DNA of 64,000 nt from Ostrea edulis (Eukaryota): the NCBI RefSeq assembly GCF_947568905.1, contig NC_079171.1:28458001-28522000 (forward strand). The letters run 5' to 3'. Below the pieces are notes generated by a model. It had not been told where the DNA came from, did no database searches, and saw only the letters and a program-made list of their open reading frames with translations. Shown here piece by piece: positions 36,375 through 50,314 of this stretch. Position numbers and translations under genes: made by a program. Numbering within the stretch: the first letter of the stretch is position 1; every line of letters begins with the position of its first letter.

Positions 36375-37477
36375 ACAAGAGGCCCATGGGCCTAGAATCG
36401 CTTTTCTGATACATTGTAGAACAGGCAAAAATTCTTACTAACCAAGATTCATCAATTAACAAAGTTTGATGATGTTAAGTCAAATAGTACCTGAAAATTT
36501 AAATGTAACTGTCCAAAAGTGGGTCACGGTGACCTACTTTAGGTCCACACACTGAAGACTCAAGATGCATCAACTGACAAGTCAAATAGTATTCAAATAT
36601 AGCCGTCAAATTCCAAAAGAATGCCACAGTGACCTACTTTTTGGTCGACACACTCTGAAGACTCAAGCCCCATCAACTGACAAAGTTTGATGATTGTAAG
36701 TAAAATAGTATCTGAAATATTCAAATATAGCTGTCAAAATCCAAAAATAGGTCACGGTGACCTATTTTTTGGTCGACACACTCTGAAGACTCAAGACCCA
36801 TCAACTGTTAAAGTTTGATAATTGTAAGTCAAATAGTATCTTAAATATTAAAATATAGCCGTCAAATTCCAAAAGTAGGTCACGGTGACCTACTTTTTGG
36901 TCAACAAACTATGAAAACTCAAGATGCATCAACTGACAAAGTTTGATGATCCTAGCTTTCATAGTGTCCAAAATATGCATCTAAAATTGAAAATGACCTA
37001 CCTTTGAGACAACATATTAGGTCCTAAGATGCATCAACTGACAAAATTTGATGATCCTAGTCCTTATACTAAGCAAAATATCAAAGTTTTAACAAAACAA
37101 AAGTTATGGTCAACTTTGAAGTGACCTTGAGACCACACCCTTTGCCCCAGGATGATGCCTTGAACAATTTTTTATCTCATCCTTAAGCATAAGTTTGGTG
37201 ATAATTTGCCCGATGGTTCTTGAGGAGAAGATTTTTTAGCAACCACTACTTTTATTTGCATTTTCCAAATTATCTCCCCTTGTTAAAGGGTCACAACCCT
37301 AGTTTTAGTACAATTGAAAGCCCTTGGGCCAAGGATACCCTGTGACAAATTTGACAAAAATTGGCCAAGGGGTTCTTGAGATATAGCCCTTTTTTCAAAA
37401 AAGTTGACGCACACCGCACGCCAGAGATATGGCCATATGATAAGGTCTTAGAGCCTTCGGCTCAGAAGAGCTAAAAA
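36375..37477 (-). mobile_element. Helentron/HINE-like element with ~127-bp central tandem repeats
   Basis: Minus-strand start tttttagctcttctgagccgaaggctc, end aggcccatgggcctcttgt palindrome; 3-4 internal repeats. Confidence 0.75.
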
Positions 37478-37794
37478 TTCATATGCTTGTCTTATTTTTT
37501 TTTATGGTACAAGGCGCTTAAAGAATCATTACATAAAATTTAAGTGTATAGAGCCCCCTTAAAACAGATATACAACAATACTGTTGGAACTACATAAAAT
37601 AGATCGATTTCTCTAAATGCTTTATGACACATATAACACACGAAAAGTTCTCTAGAATGCATGCCATATTTGATTTTTTCCCCATCTACGCTTTACTATA
37701 TGCTTATTGAAACAAACGTGATAACTGAAAATAAAAGAAGAAAATAACTACTTTCAATTTTCATAAAACAATAGCTACATGTACTTGTCCTCAA

Positions 37795-38325
37795 GTTCTA
37801 CACGACCACACGCACGTAATCTGTGTGACGAGATACTACACGACCACACGCACGTAATCTGTGTGACGAGATACTACACGACCACACTCACGTAATCTGT
37901 GTGACGAGATACTACACGACCACACTCACGTAGTCTGTGTCTCTGTGTGACGAGATACTACACGACCACACTCACGTAGTCTGTGTGACAAGATACTACA
38001 CGACCACACTCACGTAATCTGTGTATCTGTGTGACGAGATACTACACGACCACACGCACGTAATCTGTGTGACGAGATACTACACGACCACACGCACGTA
38101 ATCTGTGTGACGAGATACTACACGACCACACTCACGTAGTCTGTGTCTCTGTGTGACGAGATACTACACGACCACACTCACGTAGTCTGTGTGACAAGAT
38201 ACTACACGACCACACTCACGTAATCTGTGTCTCTGTGTGACGAGATACTACACGACCACTCACGTAATCTGTGTCTCTGTGTGACGAGATACTACACGAC
38301 CACACTCACGTAGTCTGTGTGACGT
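37795..38325. repeat. 38/46-bp minisatellite
   Basis: Unit ctacacgaccacactcacgtaatctgtgtgacgagata, with an 8-bp tctgtgtc variant. Confidence 0.95.
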
Positions 38326-40505
38326 AATGAAGTGCTTTTTGATAGTTTGAGGTGATGATTCATCTATTTTAGGAATAGAAATAAATCTATTAATTTCATA
38401 CCATATAAGGTAAGTTAAGGCCGTCTACGCATTGTAAATTGCAAAGATGTTTATTAAAAGGTAAAAATAACGAACAGTGATCCTCACAACTCCTATAAGC
38501 AATTCAAAATAGAGTTTGACAAACACCGATCCCTAACACATCAGTGGTGGGGTCAGGTGCCTAGGAGGAGTAAGCATCCCCTGTCTAATGGTCACACCCG
38601 CCGTGAGCTCCATGTCTCTCGATCAGGTAAACAGAGTAATACACAGGTAAAGAGGCATAAACATTCCCACTTTATTTTCTATCGGATACATTTAGTAGAA
38701 GTTACTGTTATTGCGTATGATTTAATTTTGATAAAACTCTTTTAGTGTAATTTGATAACTAATTTCATATGATGCGGAGCAATATTGCTGTAGCAACTGA
38801 AAAAAAGGGAGCCTAATGAATTTGTGACGTCATTCCTAGGACGCCATGTAGTCATACGACAATCAGAACTCCTCGAATGTCTCACACACTCGACAAAGAT
38901 CTCTGATGTAATACGATGGCATCCATGAGTGAATTTGATATATTGTCAAGTATGATGTCACAGCCTACTGCACTACGTTATACCTAACAATGCATCATAA
39001 ACACTCATGGATACCATCGTATTACATCCGAGATCTATGTCGAGTGCGCGAGACATTCGAGGAGTTCCGATTGGTGCAATACGATGGCAACCATGAGAGA
39101 ATATGCTGCATTGTAATCTATGACGTATGTAACATAGTTCAGTAGGCTATTACGTCATAGTTAACGATGCATCAAATTCTTCATGGATGCCATCGAGGAG
39201 TTGCGATTGGTCCATACGATATACAGAATGGCTGATAGTCCAATGACCCAATTAAGTTACATTTTACAAGTGAAATCAAATTATTGCATTACACAGCAGA
39301 TTTGTTCCTCCTTTTTTTTTTTTTTTTAAAAACGTTAAGTCATTATGGTAAATCTTGAACTTTTCCCCAACTGACTTCCTTTCTACTGACTCGTATCAAC
39401 CAAGGCATCACTCAACCACAGCTAGCACTAACAATACATAATTACATGTAGTTTTATTGAAAAAAATGTGATGAAATAATTTTTCTGATTTTTTTTTTTT
39501 TTAAAGAAAATGCTTTACAATTTTTGTGTGTTTACAAATGGCTCTCTTAATCTTATTCCAATATTGCACTAAAAGTCCTAGGTAAAGATTAAAAATACAA
39601 CTGTACATCTAAAAATTAGTGTTTGTAACAGAGGTATATTGAATATACGCACATATAATATTGAACAAAACATTTAACAAATCGAAATCTGTAAATACAA
39701 TGCATGAAAGAACTACAACAGAACAATTAATTTTGTAACAATCGACAGACATGTTTCCAAATGTTAGGTATATTTATCATAAAGCTACAAGATGATAATC
39801 AAATATTTTCCTTCAAAACTCTCAATATTTAAGCATTTCACTTTCAAATTGAATCACTGGATGGACGTATTTTACACATGATATCATAAATGTTTTTTAC
39901 TACATATGCACAACTCAAAATCTAACAAATCCGCAGTAATACAATGTGTGAAACGAGTAGGAGAAAATGAAACTGCATGAACGTAACTCTTTTGTAGCGA
40001 AAGGTACATAAGGTGTATTAAAAGACTTGGAAGAAGCTGTGATTCACCGGAAGTTGATTGCTTTAATATGATAATAAGAAAAAAAAGGGACAAAGAAATC
40101 TACTGTATACAAATCACAATCAGATTGCATTTCTATACATAGAGGTGTGTCGTTAACTAGTTCTGTATCAATTTCTAGAAAGCAATTTGTATTGGGGAGC
40201 ATAAATACAGGGGAAAAAAAATAACAGCATCAGATACAATAACACTTCGCAACACTTTTATTTATCAGGATGTTCAGAAAGGATAAAATTTCTCCCAGCC
40301 ACTTAAGAGTGTTGAAGGCATCTGTGCAGAGCCCCCCACCCCCCATACATGAGACAAATAGAAGTACAAAGAGAACCACAGCTACAATAGATGTATATTA
40401 GTACATGCAACATATTTGTAAACACACCTGTTCACAATATCTATCTATCTATCAATAATGCTGGGACGTGGCAAGATATTTGAACTCGGATGACAAACCA
40501 AAATA

Positions 40506-40711
40506 CTGTATACCAACTTTTATTCGAAACAACTTTATTTTGCGATTTATTTGTGATGGACCAATTCGCAGCCACTAATTTTCATGACCAAGATAAAAAC
40601 ACTGTACATGGAACATTAATGGTCTGGTCTGCGGAGAGAAATATTCACGATGAAGTGGTTCTTCCGACCTTCATGAAAAATTCTCGCTCGCGAATACAAG
40701 TTGATTTACAG
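40506..40711. mobile_element. Tc1/mariner-type MITE downstream of the SMAD4 stop
   Basis: ta|ctgtataccaactt .. aagttgatttacag|ta. Confidence 0.65.
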
Positions 40712-41219
40712 TAGAAGGAACTTTTTCTCGTCAATTATCAATATTCGTGCAATCCTGTTTAGCTCTGTGACCTAGGATCAATTCAAAACAACAACTGAAA
40801 ACTTTCAAGGTTTCAACAAATCCAGACATTTCTGTCACTCGAAGAATACCTGTAATTCTAGCTTCTAAAACTTGAATCTCTATTCCATTCAAAGTCAAAA
40901 TCCCACAAACACTGGCAACACTACTGCTGACAAACTTTGGCATACAATTGAGCATTAATAAAACAAACCAGTAGGTAAAAATACAACCAATTAAATTTCA
41001 TCCAAATCTGAAAAAAAAAATTTGGTACAATGGAAAATAACTATATACATGTACCTCTATAAATATACATCTTTATGATATATTGTCTACACAGAGTGGC
41101 AGCTCAAATACAAACAAATCTAAAAACAATCTTTACAACCATAAGGACTGGAGAAATTGTGTTTCTAATATCTTGTCTTCCATAACTATTGCTCTCCATA
41201 AAGAAAACACCTCTATTAC

Positions 41220-41430
41220 TCAGACATGAGGATCTAGAACCTTGCTCAGACAAAATGAGGCTCCAGAACCAGCTCAGACAAAATGAGGCTCTAGAACCAG
41301 CTCAGACAAAATGAGGCTCCAGAACCTGCTCAGACAAAACGAGGCTCCAGAACCTGCTCAGACAAAACGAGGCTCCAGAACCTGCTCAGACAAAATGAGG
41401 CTCCAGAAACTACTCGGACAAATGAGGCTC
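41220..41430. repeat. 28-bp minisatellite; a 30-bp minisatellite lies at 42525-42770 (both downstream of the SMAD4 stop)
   Basis: Units ggctccagaacctgctcagacaaaatga and ctggactggcttaattatctaaaaagaaa(c/t). Confidence 0.9.
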
Positions 41431-43495
41431 CAAAATCAAACAAACTAATCATCCACAGCATGTTCAAATAGAACAAAAAAAAAACCCAACTGTATGTATG
41501 CAAGGTGAAGATAACGAACAGTGATCAATCTCATAACTCCTACAAGCAATACAAAATAGACAGTTGGGCAAACATGTATACTTCTTTTCTCTAATTTAGA
41601 ACTTGGTGCAGCAGAGCTGATGCTTTGTCTAATGCAACCATGATTCAGCACTTCTTCTGTGAACGATAACGGATAAATAAAGAATATATTTTTAGCACAA
41701 CTATAAATCAGTGCTCCTGCTTCACCTCCAAAGCCGCTAAAATTTGAATCCTGCTAAACTGAGTAAACATACACTATGTCACCAAACCATATCTTCTCCA
41801 TATTCCCGACCTCTATTACACATTATTACGATGTGTATAAAACTCTTATCAAAAACCTCTCTATCCAACACAGGTACTGGTCTTTTAGAGGACTGACCCT
41901 ATTTCCATTTTAGGACCTCTGAATACATATCACTACACAGTCATCCCCCACTGTCAATCCCCTGCTTATGGGAATTTCTGATGTTTGCTATAAACATCCC
42001 CCCCCCCCCCTTCACCCTGATAAATTAATTCAATTTCCCTGTATATTCCTCTGTATCTTGATCTAACTTTTCTTTTCTTTTTTGCAAATGAATCACCACT
42101 TTGAGATTTGCAAATCATGAAATGTCAGTAACACTACAATGAATATTGAACAAACTTTCCCCGTCGTCATCAAAACACACTGTGAAAAACATAGTTCTTA
42201 TCAAAAGAAACATTTGTTACAGATTTCATAAATTTTGGCAGTATGTGGATACACCCTGAGAAATATCTAACCTGGCTTACTGTATACAGGAAATAACACC
42301 CCCCTCTCCCTGTTTTATTTTCATGCCTTTTGCCCATGTTGCCCCCCCCCCCCCCCATATCTCTCTTAAACACAGCTGTGTCTGGGCAAATTTAAAATGG
42401 AGCAAAACCATTAACAGGTGCAGAAAGACAAAAATAACACGGGGAGGAAATAAGCCTGTATACAGTGACTATGAAGAAACTTGACTAGCTTTATTAACTA
42501 TGAAGAAACTCAACTTACTGAACAATCTAAAAAGAAACCTGGACTGGCTTAATTATCTATAAAGAAATCTGGACTGGCTTAAATATCTAAAAAGAAATCT
42601 GGACTGGCTAAATTATCTAAAAAGAAACCTGGACTGGCTTAATTATCTAAAAAGAAACCTGGACTGGCTTAATTATCTATAAAGAAATCTGGACTGGCTT
42701 AAATATCTAAAAAGAAATCTGGACTGGCTTAAATAGTTACACAGAAATCTGGACTGACTTTATTATCTACAAGTGTGAACCGGAATAGCTTGCACTAATT
42801 TTGAAGAAAGCTCTCCATGTTTTCTATTATCTTTAAAAATATCTTTACTTCATTGAAAAAGGTATATCTACATGTAGGTAACCTTGACCTTGGAAGAAGA
42901 ATGACCTACATTCCCTTATTTCTGGTCTCTAGAGGTATTTCTTATTTCCCGAGGTGGCAAATTTGTAATACTGGAAAAACGATTGAGCTTTGTGGAAAGA
43001 TAAAACATTTACCATATAAATGCATTTGTTGTTGATACTTACATCAAGCATCAAACAAGTGCAAACTCACTCTCAGAATAGTTCTCTCCTAATAATACAC
43101 ATTTTCATATTTCGTATAAGAATCATAAATGAAACACTTTCTGACCCCAAAACAGCAGTCACTTTGCAAACCTCAGCTGGAACTGAAAGTAAACATTCTC
43201 CAAGGACTTTGCAGGCTAAGTACTGAATTAACCCCGCTATCTGTGTGTCACTTCCACTGCTGCACGGACATTTGAAACACAAGTACTTGCTTTCCTGATT
43301 TGGTAAGTATAGTACATATACAGTATATATCCCAGTACTTACTAATAAAATATCACAAACAACAACAAGGGGGACACCAGATAGCACGTTGTACAACACA
43401 GCTGATCGTAAAGTACACCAAAAACAAGGAGGATCCACAGATACAAGCTGTCATGTCCTCCCTGGGTCAAAACTTCATAACAAAGATTAAAGAGA

Positions 43496-43719
43496 TCAAC
43501 CGAGGAAGAAGCCCCTGGGTCGTGGTTCATTGATCGGCATCGTCTGTAGGACCTCATCAAGAAGCTGAAGTGGTCGGTGAAGTTGTACCTCAATCCAACA
43601 GGGCGTCTCCTTGATGCTGTGTCGGGGGTAGTCTGGTCCCCAGCCCTTCACAAAGCTCAGACGTAAAATACAGAGTCTTCTCAGGTCATCCACACCGATG
43701 CCGGCCGCAGCACTCAGGC
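43496..43719 (-). CDS. SMAD4: SMAD4 last coding exon: [73 protein letters not shown]
   Basis: ttccag acceptor; L3 loop [10 protein letters not shown]; no C-terminal SSxS motif, as expected for a co-Smad. Confidence 0.97.
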
Positions 43720-44125
43720 CTGGAAGTTAAAAAACAATCACTGTGATGACATCAGAAAAGAGTCACTGTGATGACATCATAAAACAATTAGCGCCCGAGG
43801 GTGATAACCCTACTCAGACCTGATAATTTGTGATGTCTCACTGATAAACAGTCCATAATAATTTTATCCTGAAGAATCTGAACGTTTAAAAACTATCACA
43901 CATTTATTGACTTGTACCATGTATCTTTTTCTTATTTAAAACGTCAACAAATTCGTAATAACTTTCTGCAGAAAATTCTGATAACTTTTCAATAGTATTT
44001 GAGGGGTGAAAATAATGTTACCCTCAACCACATACAATATTTTGTTTTACACTCAATGTCATACATTTATTAGATACATGTATAATTATATGCTAAAGAA
44101 AGCAAAACATTGAAGTTTGAGAAAG

Positions 44126-44971
44126 CAGGGTTTGACATTTACTTTTTTGAGCACTAGACCAGTCGGGCTACTTCAAATGAATTTTACTAGACCTGACCTT
44201 ACATCCACTAGCCCTGACCAACTGTACAGAAAAAAGTGATAGTTTCTCAATATTTAATTATGCTTTGATATGCTTTAATTACTTACTTCTAATGACAAAC
44301 ATTAAGTTTGAACTAATCCTTATTTGATTGTCTCAAAAACATCAGTCTCGTCAATCAATTTGATATGCTTTAATTTTCAAACACATTTTCTGTTTCGTTA
44401 AATTCTACTCGGCACGGGAATTCTTTAGGCCATTTAGAATAAAATGATCTCAACCGGTTTTTTTTAAATTTCTATTTCATAAGCCCTGCTTTGTTTCTTC
44501 CCAACCTTTTCCTTTTCTTTCTTGGGACACCTTTCCTTGAGGACGAGATGTCGTATTTGAATATAGAGACATTCCCGCACATATGTCAACACCAAAAAAA
44601 ATGGCTCTTTACGACGTAATTTATTAATTTGATAAACACTTTTTTATATTTAATTCAAATAAACGTTTTTTTTTTAAAATGAATTCAATTTATATTTATT
44701 TATCCGAACATACATTAACTTTACACCCATCATCGAGCAGATGTCGTAAAACATCACTTCCGATCACGACTTATGTATTAGAAAAAGAAATAAAGATTAT
44801 GTCATCACGCGGTTCAAAATTGCTCACAAACTCTTTACAATCTTATTGTTTTAAAGTTTGTTGTTTATTTTTTCAACACGACCAGTCGGACTAGTAAATC
44901 GACATTTTACCCGACCGGACCCATCATTCAGTAGACTCGGTCGGTCGGACGTGCCTTAGTGTCAAACCCTG
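44126..44971. mobile_element. TIR element (CAGGG ends) in a SMAD4 intron
   Basis: cagggtttgaca / tgtcaaaccctg TIRs; gaaag on both flanks. Confidence 0.6.
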
Positions 44972-45374
44972 GAAAGTTAAACGAAAGAAAGCTTTCAATT
45001 GTGATGTCATAGTAGAATGACGCAAAAACATAACGTCAAACGTATACATTTCATAACGTATTTCAAGACAAAAACATAAACATCAAGTGAAATGCATTAG
45101 AATGGAAATATTTTTCTTCTCGATTGTTGTTTGTGACCGTTAACGTTGAAATTTATGATTAACAATCCCGCATATTTTCAATTATATTTAATAGAGCTTT
45201 CTCGCTTGTGCCATTAGAAGTTTTCTAAAGGGAGACAACGAATTGTCTCCCTCCACGTGACCAGCCCTCGACCAATGAAATTGACTGTATTATTCTGAAG
45301 GATAATAATATAAAACAGTCACTGTGAACACATTAGAAATCTATCATCCAGGTTATGTCAGCAATTTGTGATTC

Positions 45375-45650
45375 CGATAAAGTCAGAAATCTGTCCCAAT
45401 AAAGTCAGAAATCTGTCATCCCAATAATGTCAGAAATTAGTCATCCGGATAAAGTCAGAAATCTGTCATCACGATAATGTCAGAAATTAGTCATCCCAAT
45501 AATGTCAGAAATTAGTCATCCTGATAAAGTCAGAAATCTGTCATCCCAATTATGTCAGAAATTACACATCTCAATAAAGTCAGAAATCTGTCATCCCAAT
45601 AATGTCAGAAATTACACATCTCAATAAAGTCAGAAATCTGTCATCCGAAT
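45375..45650. repeat. 25-bp minisatellite in a SMAD4 intron; ~58-60-bp minisatellite at 56465-56730
   Basis: Units gtcagaaatctgtcatcccaataat and ggtttgtaaggggaggtaattctgg..gatttgatact. Confidence 0.88.
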
Positions 45651-45885
45651 CATGTACCATCATGGTTCTTGAGAAGAATGTTGAATTTTGTCACACACAT
45701 TCTTCCATTAAGGTCCACCAGGCTAATACACTTCATATAGCAGCATACCAGCGTGAAATGTCGCAATTCATAACCTTACGCATTGTCAAAAATAAAAATT
45801 TAATTCTGAAATACATAACTATGCATAATATAGTTAACATTTAAGACTGAGCTTTTTGATGTCCTGTTCACGGTTACACACTTAC

Positions 45886-46024
45886 CTACAGCCGGTGCAA
45901 TCCCACCGACGGACGCCGGACCTGGAACATTTCCTGCTACGGCGGCAGCTTGTGCTGCGGCTGCCGCTTGGGCGGTGGCGGCCTGCTCCTGCATCTGCCT
46001 GTGACATTGACGAATGTCAAACAC
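45886..46024 (-). CDS. SMAD4: SMAD4 MH2 exon: [46 protein letters not shown](G)
   Basis: ttttcag / gtaagt, 139 nt. The Ala-rich insertion is diagnostic of co-Smads (SMAD4/Medea). Confidence 0.97.
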
Positions 46025-46296
46025 CTGAAAAATGCAGACCCATTTCATCATGTCTAGGTGTTTACAGAATAAGTAACAAACCCACAAACAACATTGTCAC
46101 CTGAGCAACTGCATGTTCCCAAAGAAGTTTTAAAATTGAATCCTAAAATTTATGGTGTGACTCTCATTTTGGGATCATGGTGTGAATGTGACTCTAAACT
46201 ACATCAGCATGCTTGCCCTTTAAGAAAAGGGTACACTTTTTCTACTGTTTTGCCCTATTTATCACTGTATTTTCAAAATGTTCACTATATTAGAAG

Positions 46297-47912
46297 CAGG
46301 GTTGTCACTAGGGACTTTTGAAGGTGAGTCTTGGACTCATGGTTTATGAGAAGCTTGAGTCCCATGGAAATTTCATGAATCCTTTATATCAGATCGAAAT
46401 TTTTCTGCACCCCTATTCAGAATGAACACAAGCTGATACTTTCCTCTGTTTGGTTTATTCTCAAACAATTGCAAGCAATGAAGTACGTGTTAATAACTGT
46501 CATTACCTACTTATTGCATAATTGCGATATACCGTTAATTAGATGTAAGAAGTCGCTATTTGGCCTCCGATTAGAAACAATTTTCAGTGTAATTGTCCCT
46601 GCGGTCAGCAATAAACTCTTGGGTCATCACAACAACCCGACCTCAATATGACAACAAATAAACGTAAATATAGGACATATTGGAGTGACAAACAAGAGAC
46701 CCAAGGGCCACATCGCTCATCTGAGTCACCTTGGCTCATATCTAAAGATTTTCCCTATATATTTGTATGGAAAACTTTGATCCCCCCCCTGTGACTCCAA
46801 CCTAACCCTGGGGGCCATGATTTTAACAAACTGAAATGTGAAATATATCAGAAAGCTTTCATGTAAATATCAGCTTAAAGATTTTCCTTATATATTTGTA
46901 TGTAAAACCTTGATCCCCTATTGTGGCCCCCATCAAACCCCCAGGGGCCATGATTTGAACAAATTTGAATTTGCATTATGTCAGAAAGCTTTCATGTAAA
47001 TCTCAGCTTTGCTCAGTGGTTCTTGAGAAGAAGATTTTTAAAGATTTATCCTATATATTAGTATGTAAAACTTTGATCCCCTATTGTGGCCCCATCCAAC
47101 CCCCTGGGGCCATGATTTGAACAAACTTGAATCTGTACTATGGCAGGAAGCTTTCATGTAAATTTCAGCGTTTCTGGCCTAGTGGTTTTTGAGAAGATGA
47201 TTTTTAAATGACTCAAACCTATTTTTGCAATTATCTCCCCTTTGAAAGGGACATGGCCCTTCATTTGAACAAACTTGAATGCCCTTCACCTAAGGATGCT
47301 TTGTGGCAAGTTTGGTTGAAATTGGCCCAGCAGTTCTTAAGAAGAAGTTGAAAATGTGAAAAGTTTACAATGCTGATGACAGACAACGGACAAATTTTGA
47401 TCAGAAAAGTTCATCTGAGCCTTTGGCTTAAGTGAGCTAATAATTATATAATGTGATGGAATATTGTTGTTGTTTGCCTGTGATCTGTAAATCATAACAA
47501 ATGAAGCTACTTTCGATTCTGATAAAAATGGCTATCGGAAGATGAAGATTTGATAAAACATAGACTCCGATTTTTTAAATAAATGAATAACAAAATCTTA
47601 ATTTAATCACCCCTATAAGTGAATGGAGTAGTGGATGTACAATATACCCATATTAACACACTATACAAACAACTGGAGCTCAGTCAACTCTGTGGTATTA
47701 TCTCGGTTCACTAGAGCGTAGCATGTCACCTGGGTTTTTCCAACTGTGGGTTTTAAATAATACACAAATAACAAAGCTTCGGGGAAATTGGATTTTGGAC
47801 TGATTTTTATTCGAGTCCGGGACGTGTCCGCGGGACTTGCATTAGACATCCTTGCGTCTACAGTGAATTTTCTGTATCTAGGACGCAGATTCTTGCGTTA
47901 GTGACAACCCTG
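46297..47912. mobile_element. TIR element hosting the HINE
   Basis: Perfect 14-bp TIR cagggttgtcacta / tagtgacaaccctg; flanks ttagaag / ttagacg. Confidence 0.65.
46691..47443 (-). mobile_element. Helentron/HINE-like element carrying ~163-bp satellite-like monomers (resembles the oyster Cg170 family)
   Basis: Start ttagctcacttaagccaaaggctcagatgaacttttctgatca, end gggtctcttgtt. Monomer recognised from memory of oyster satellite sequences, not aligned. Confidence 0.75.
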
Positions 47913-48319
47913 TTAGACGACAGAAAACTGCACATCATCAAGTCAATGAACAGCATCACCTGTCAGGTCAACAACGGGTGGATATTCCTACTTTTTTGCA
48001 GAAGACACACATTTTCAAAGTATTTTAATTTGAAAAGAAAAAAAAGTTGAACATAGGCACTGCCAACAACAGACCAAAAACATGATTAGTCATGCACTGG
48101 GGTTTCATGCTACAGGGTTGTGACTGAATTCCTCAGAAATCATGGGAAAACTGGTCAAAAGGGAGGAAAACACTTCACCCTACCTGGAAAAATATCATTT
48201 TCTGTCACTTTAGATCAAACCCAGAGTGTTTCCATTTTTTCGCAAATAGAGCCATTTGGAGAGAGGAATAATCACACCCCTGAGTTACCTAGGGTAGATT
48301 CTATGTTGTATCTTCATAC

Positions 48320-48488
48320 CTTGATATAAGCACTGGGGTAGATCTTATGGACTGCATCCCCCGGTTGTCGACCCGCCTCGCGGTCTAAGTAGTACGACTG
48401 GACAAACACACTGTGATCACTGACGCAGCGGATCCAAACATCGCCTTCTCCGTTGTAGTCCAGCTGGACTCCTTTGCCAATGTGTAAC
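48320..48488 (-). CDS. SMAD4: SMAD4 MH2 exon: [56 protein letters not shown]
   Basis: ttgacag / gtatga, 169 nt; SMAD4-specific sequence. Confidence 0.97.
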
Positions 48489-48908
48489 CTGTCAAGTAGT
48501 ACCGTGTCAACATACATCTCAATAACGTGTCAACATATAACTCGTACATCTCAATAACGTGTCAACATACAACTCATACATCTCAATAACGTGTCAACAT
48601 ATAACTTGTACAAGTATAGATTCTTGATTTGACCTACATAAACAGTACCGTTACATCTCATTAACATCTTGTGTCAACATACAACTCATACGACTGACCA
48701 TCATAAATTCTAAGTTTTATGCCAATTGTGTGAAGGTTTTTTCAAATTTGGCTAAATAATAAAAAAACAAGAGGTCCATGGGCCAGATCATTCACCTGAG
48801 TCACCTTGGCCCATATCTGAAGACTTCTCATATATATTTGTACGTAAAATCTTGGTCCTTATTGTGGCCCCAACCTAAACCTGGTGGCCAGGTCACTTGA
48901 GTCACATA

Positions 48909-50314
48909 CCGTATAACAGTTTTTTTTTCTCAGGATAATCCAATTTTCGCTTTCTTCGTGAGTATTTCTGAATCGCAAATAATTAAATTCGCATAAAATT
49001 TACACCAATTGTGTACCATATCTTACAAGATAAAAGAATAACTCAGTGAGTAGAAAATCACCACCTCGGATATAATACTAACTATCTTAAAACAGTGGTC
49101 AGGTGTTATCACTGTAAATGCACCTGTTTAACTTGTTGAGTGACAACACGTGTAACGGTGATATTTGTTCTGTACGAAATTGAAACCTGTCAAATGTCAA
49201 TTAATTTGTAACTTGGAAAATCGCAAACAAAGAAGTACGCAAATAAAAAAATAACAATGTTTTGGGGGTATTTTCGCAAAATTTGTGATACGCAAAAATA
49301 ACCCATTACAGTGAAACTTCTCCAAACCGGCCCCTCAGAAAACCGGTTCTCCCTGAATATCGGCCGATTTTCAAAGTCCCGGCAGAAATCTTAACATTTC
49401 CTTACAAAGAAAGTCTTACAAAACCGGCCACCCCTGAAAACCGGACATCGGCCACTTTTTAAAGTACATTTGTTAAGAAACATGTGTAATTTACCCTTAA
49501 CATACTGGCCACTTTTTGAAGACAAGAAAATTTTGGCCAGAGGTTGATCAAGATCATCTAGGTGTGCAAATTGATGGACCAACTGGCCAAGTGGGAAATT
49601 ATCAACCGGAGGTGTGAAAAACACTAGTGGCCTCTTTAATTTCTATTATTTACCTGTGCTGTCAAGGGTGTTAATTGACACTTAGCTAATCCAAGAAACC
49701 CTTCCAAATCCTGCTCAAAATGTCAAAAACAGTTAGGAGCATATTGAATGAATACACAATAAAACGCCATATTGTTTCACCATACTATCGTATGGATATA
49801 AGGGGTAGTTAATAAAGAACAAACCCATGACCGTTAATGATAATTATTAAAAGATAGATTAATTTTCTTGGTTTCCATAGACTTAAAATTCCAAAGAAAT
49901 ATTCAAATTACAATTTCATATTTACTACTGTACTTTTGAAAAACGTCAAAACAAAATTGTTAATGACATAAGCGATGAATGTAAACAGAGTTTTTATAGG
50001 TAAGAGGAATTACAATAATAGGCCTCTGTGTTTTCTTTATGTATCCTGTTATAGATTTTCAGTTTAAAATTAGATGATTTCAGCGAGAATACTTGTTGTA
50101 ATTCATAATTACCTTTAGGTACAAGGGGACTAATTTAATCTCCACCAATAATTGATCATAGATCACCAGATCAGAGTGAACAGTACCTACTTTGTGAATA
50201 TTGAGATAAAACGTCTATAATTGCTAAATTCTCGGTATACCGGCCATCCCTCTAAACCGGCCGTTTTTTCCGGTCCGAGAGCCGGCCGGTTTAGAGAAGT
50301 TCCTCTGTATACGG
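48909..50314. mobile_element. Tc1/mariner-type MITE (ccgtata..tatacgg, TA flanks) whose right TIR is split by the 49309-50307 element
   Basis: ta|ccgtataacag at the left; cgcaaaaataacccat[insert]tatacgg|ta at the right. Confidence 0.65.
49309..50307. mobile_element. Tc1/mariner-pogo-type non-autonomous element, TA TSD
   Basis: TIRs cagtgaaacttctccaaaccggcc / ggccggtttagagaagttcctctg (3 mismatches in 24), flanked by TA. Confidence 0.8.

Noticed and set aside
775-38325. Regular arrays resembling CRISPR repeats
   Set aside because: Units are contiguous with no unique spacers, no cas genes are present, and the context is eukaryotic.
43020-43593. Several overlapping 68-121 aa ORFs next to the SMAD4 stop
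   Set aside because: No recognisable motifs; they sit in the presumed 3' UTR or antisense to it.
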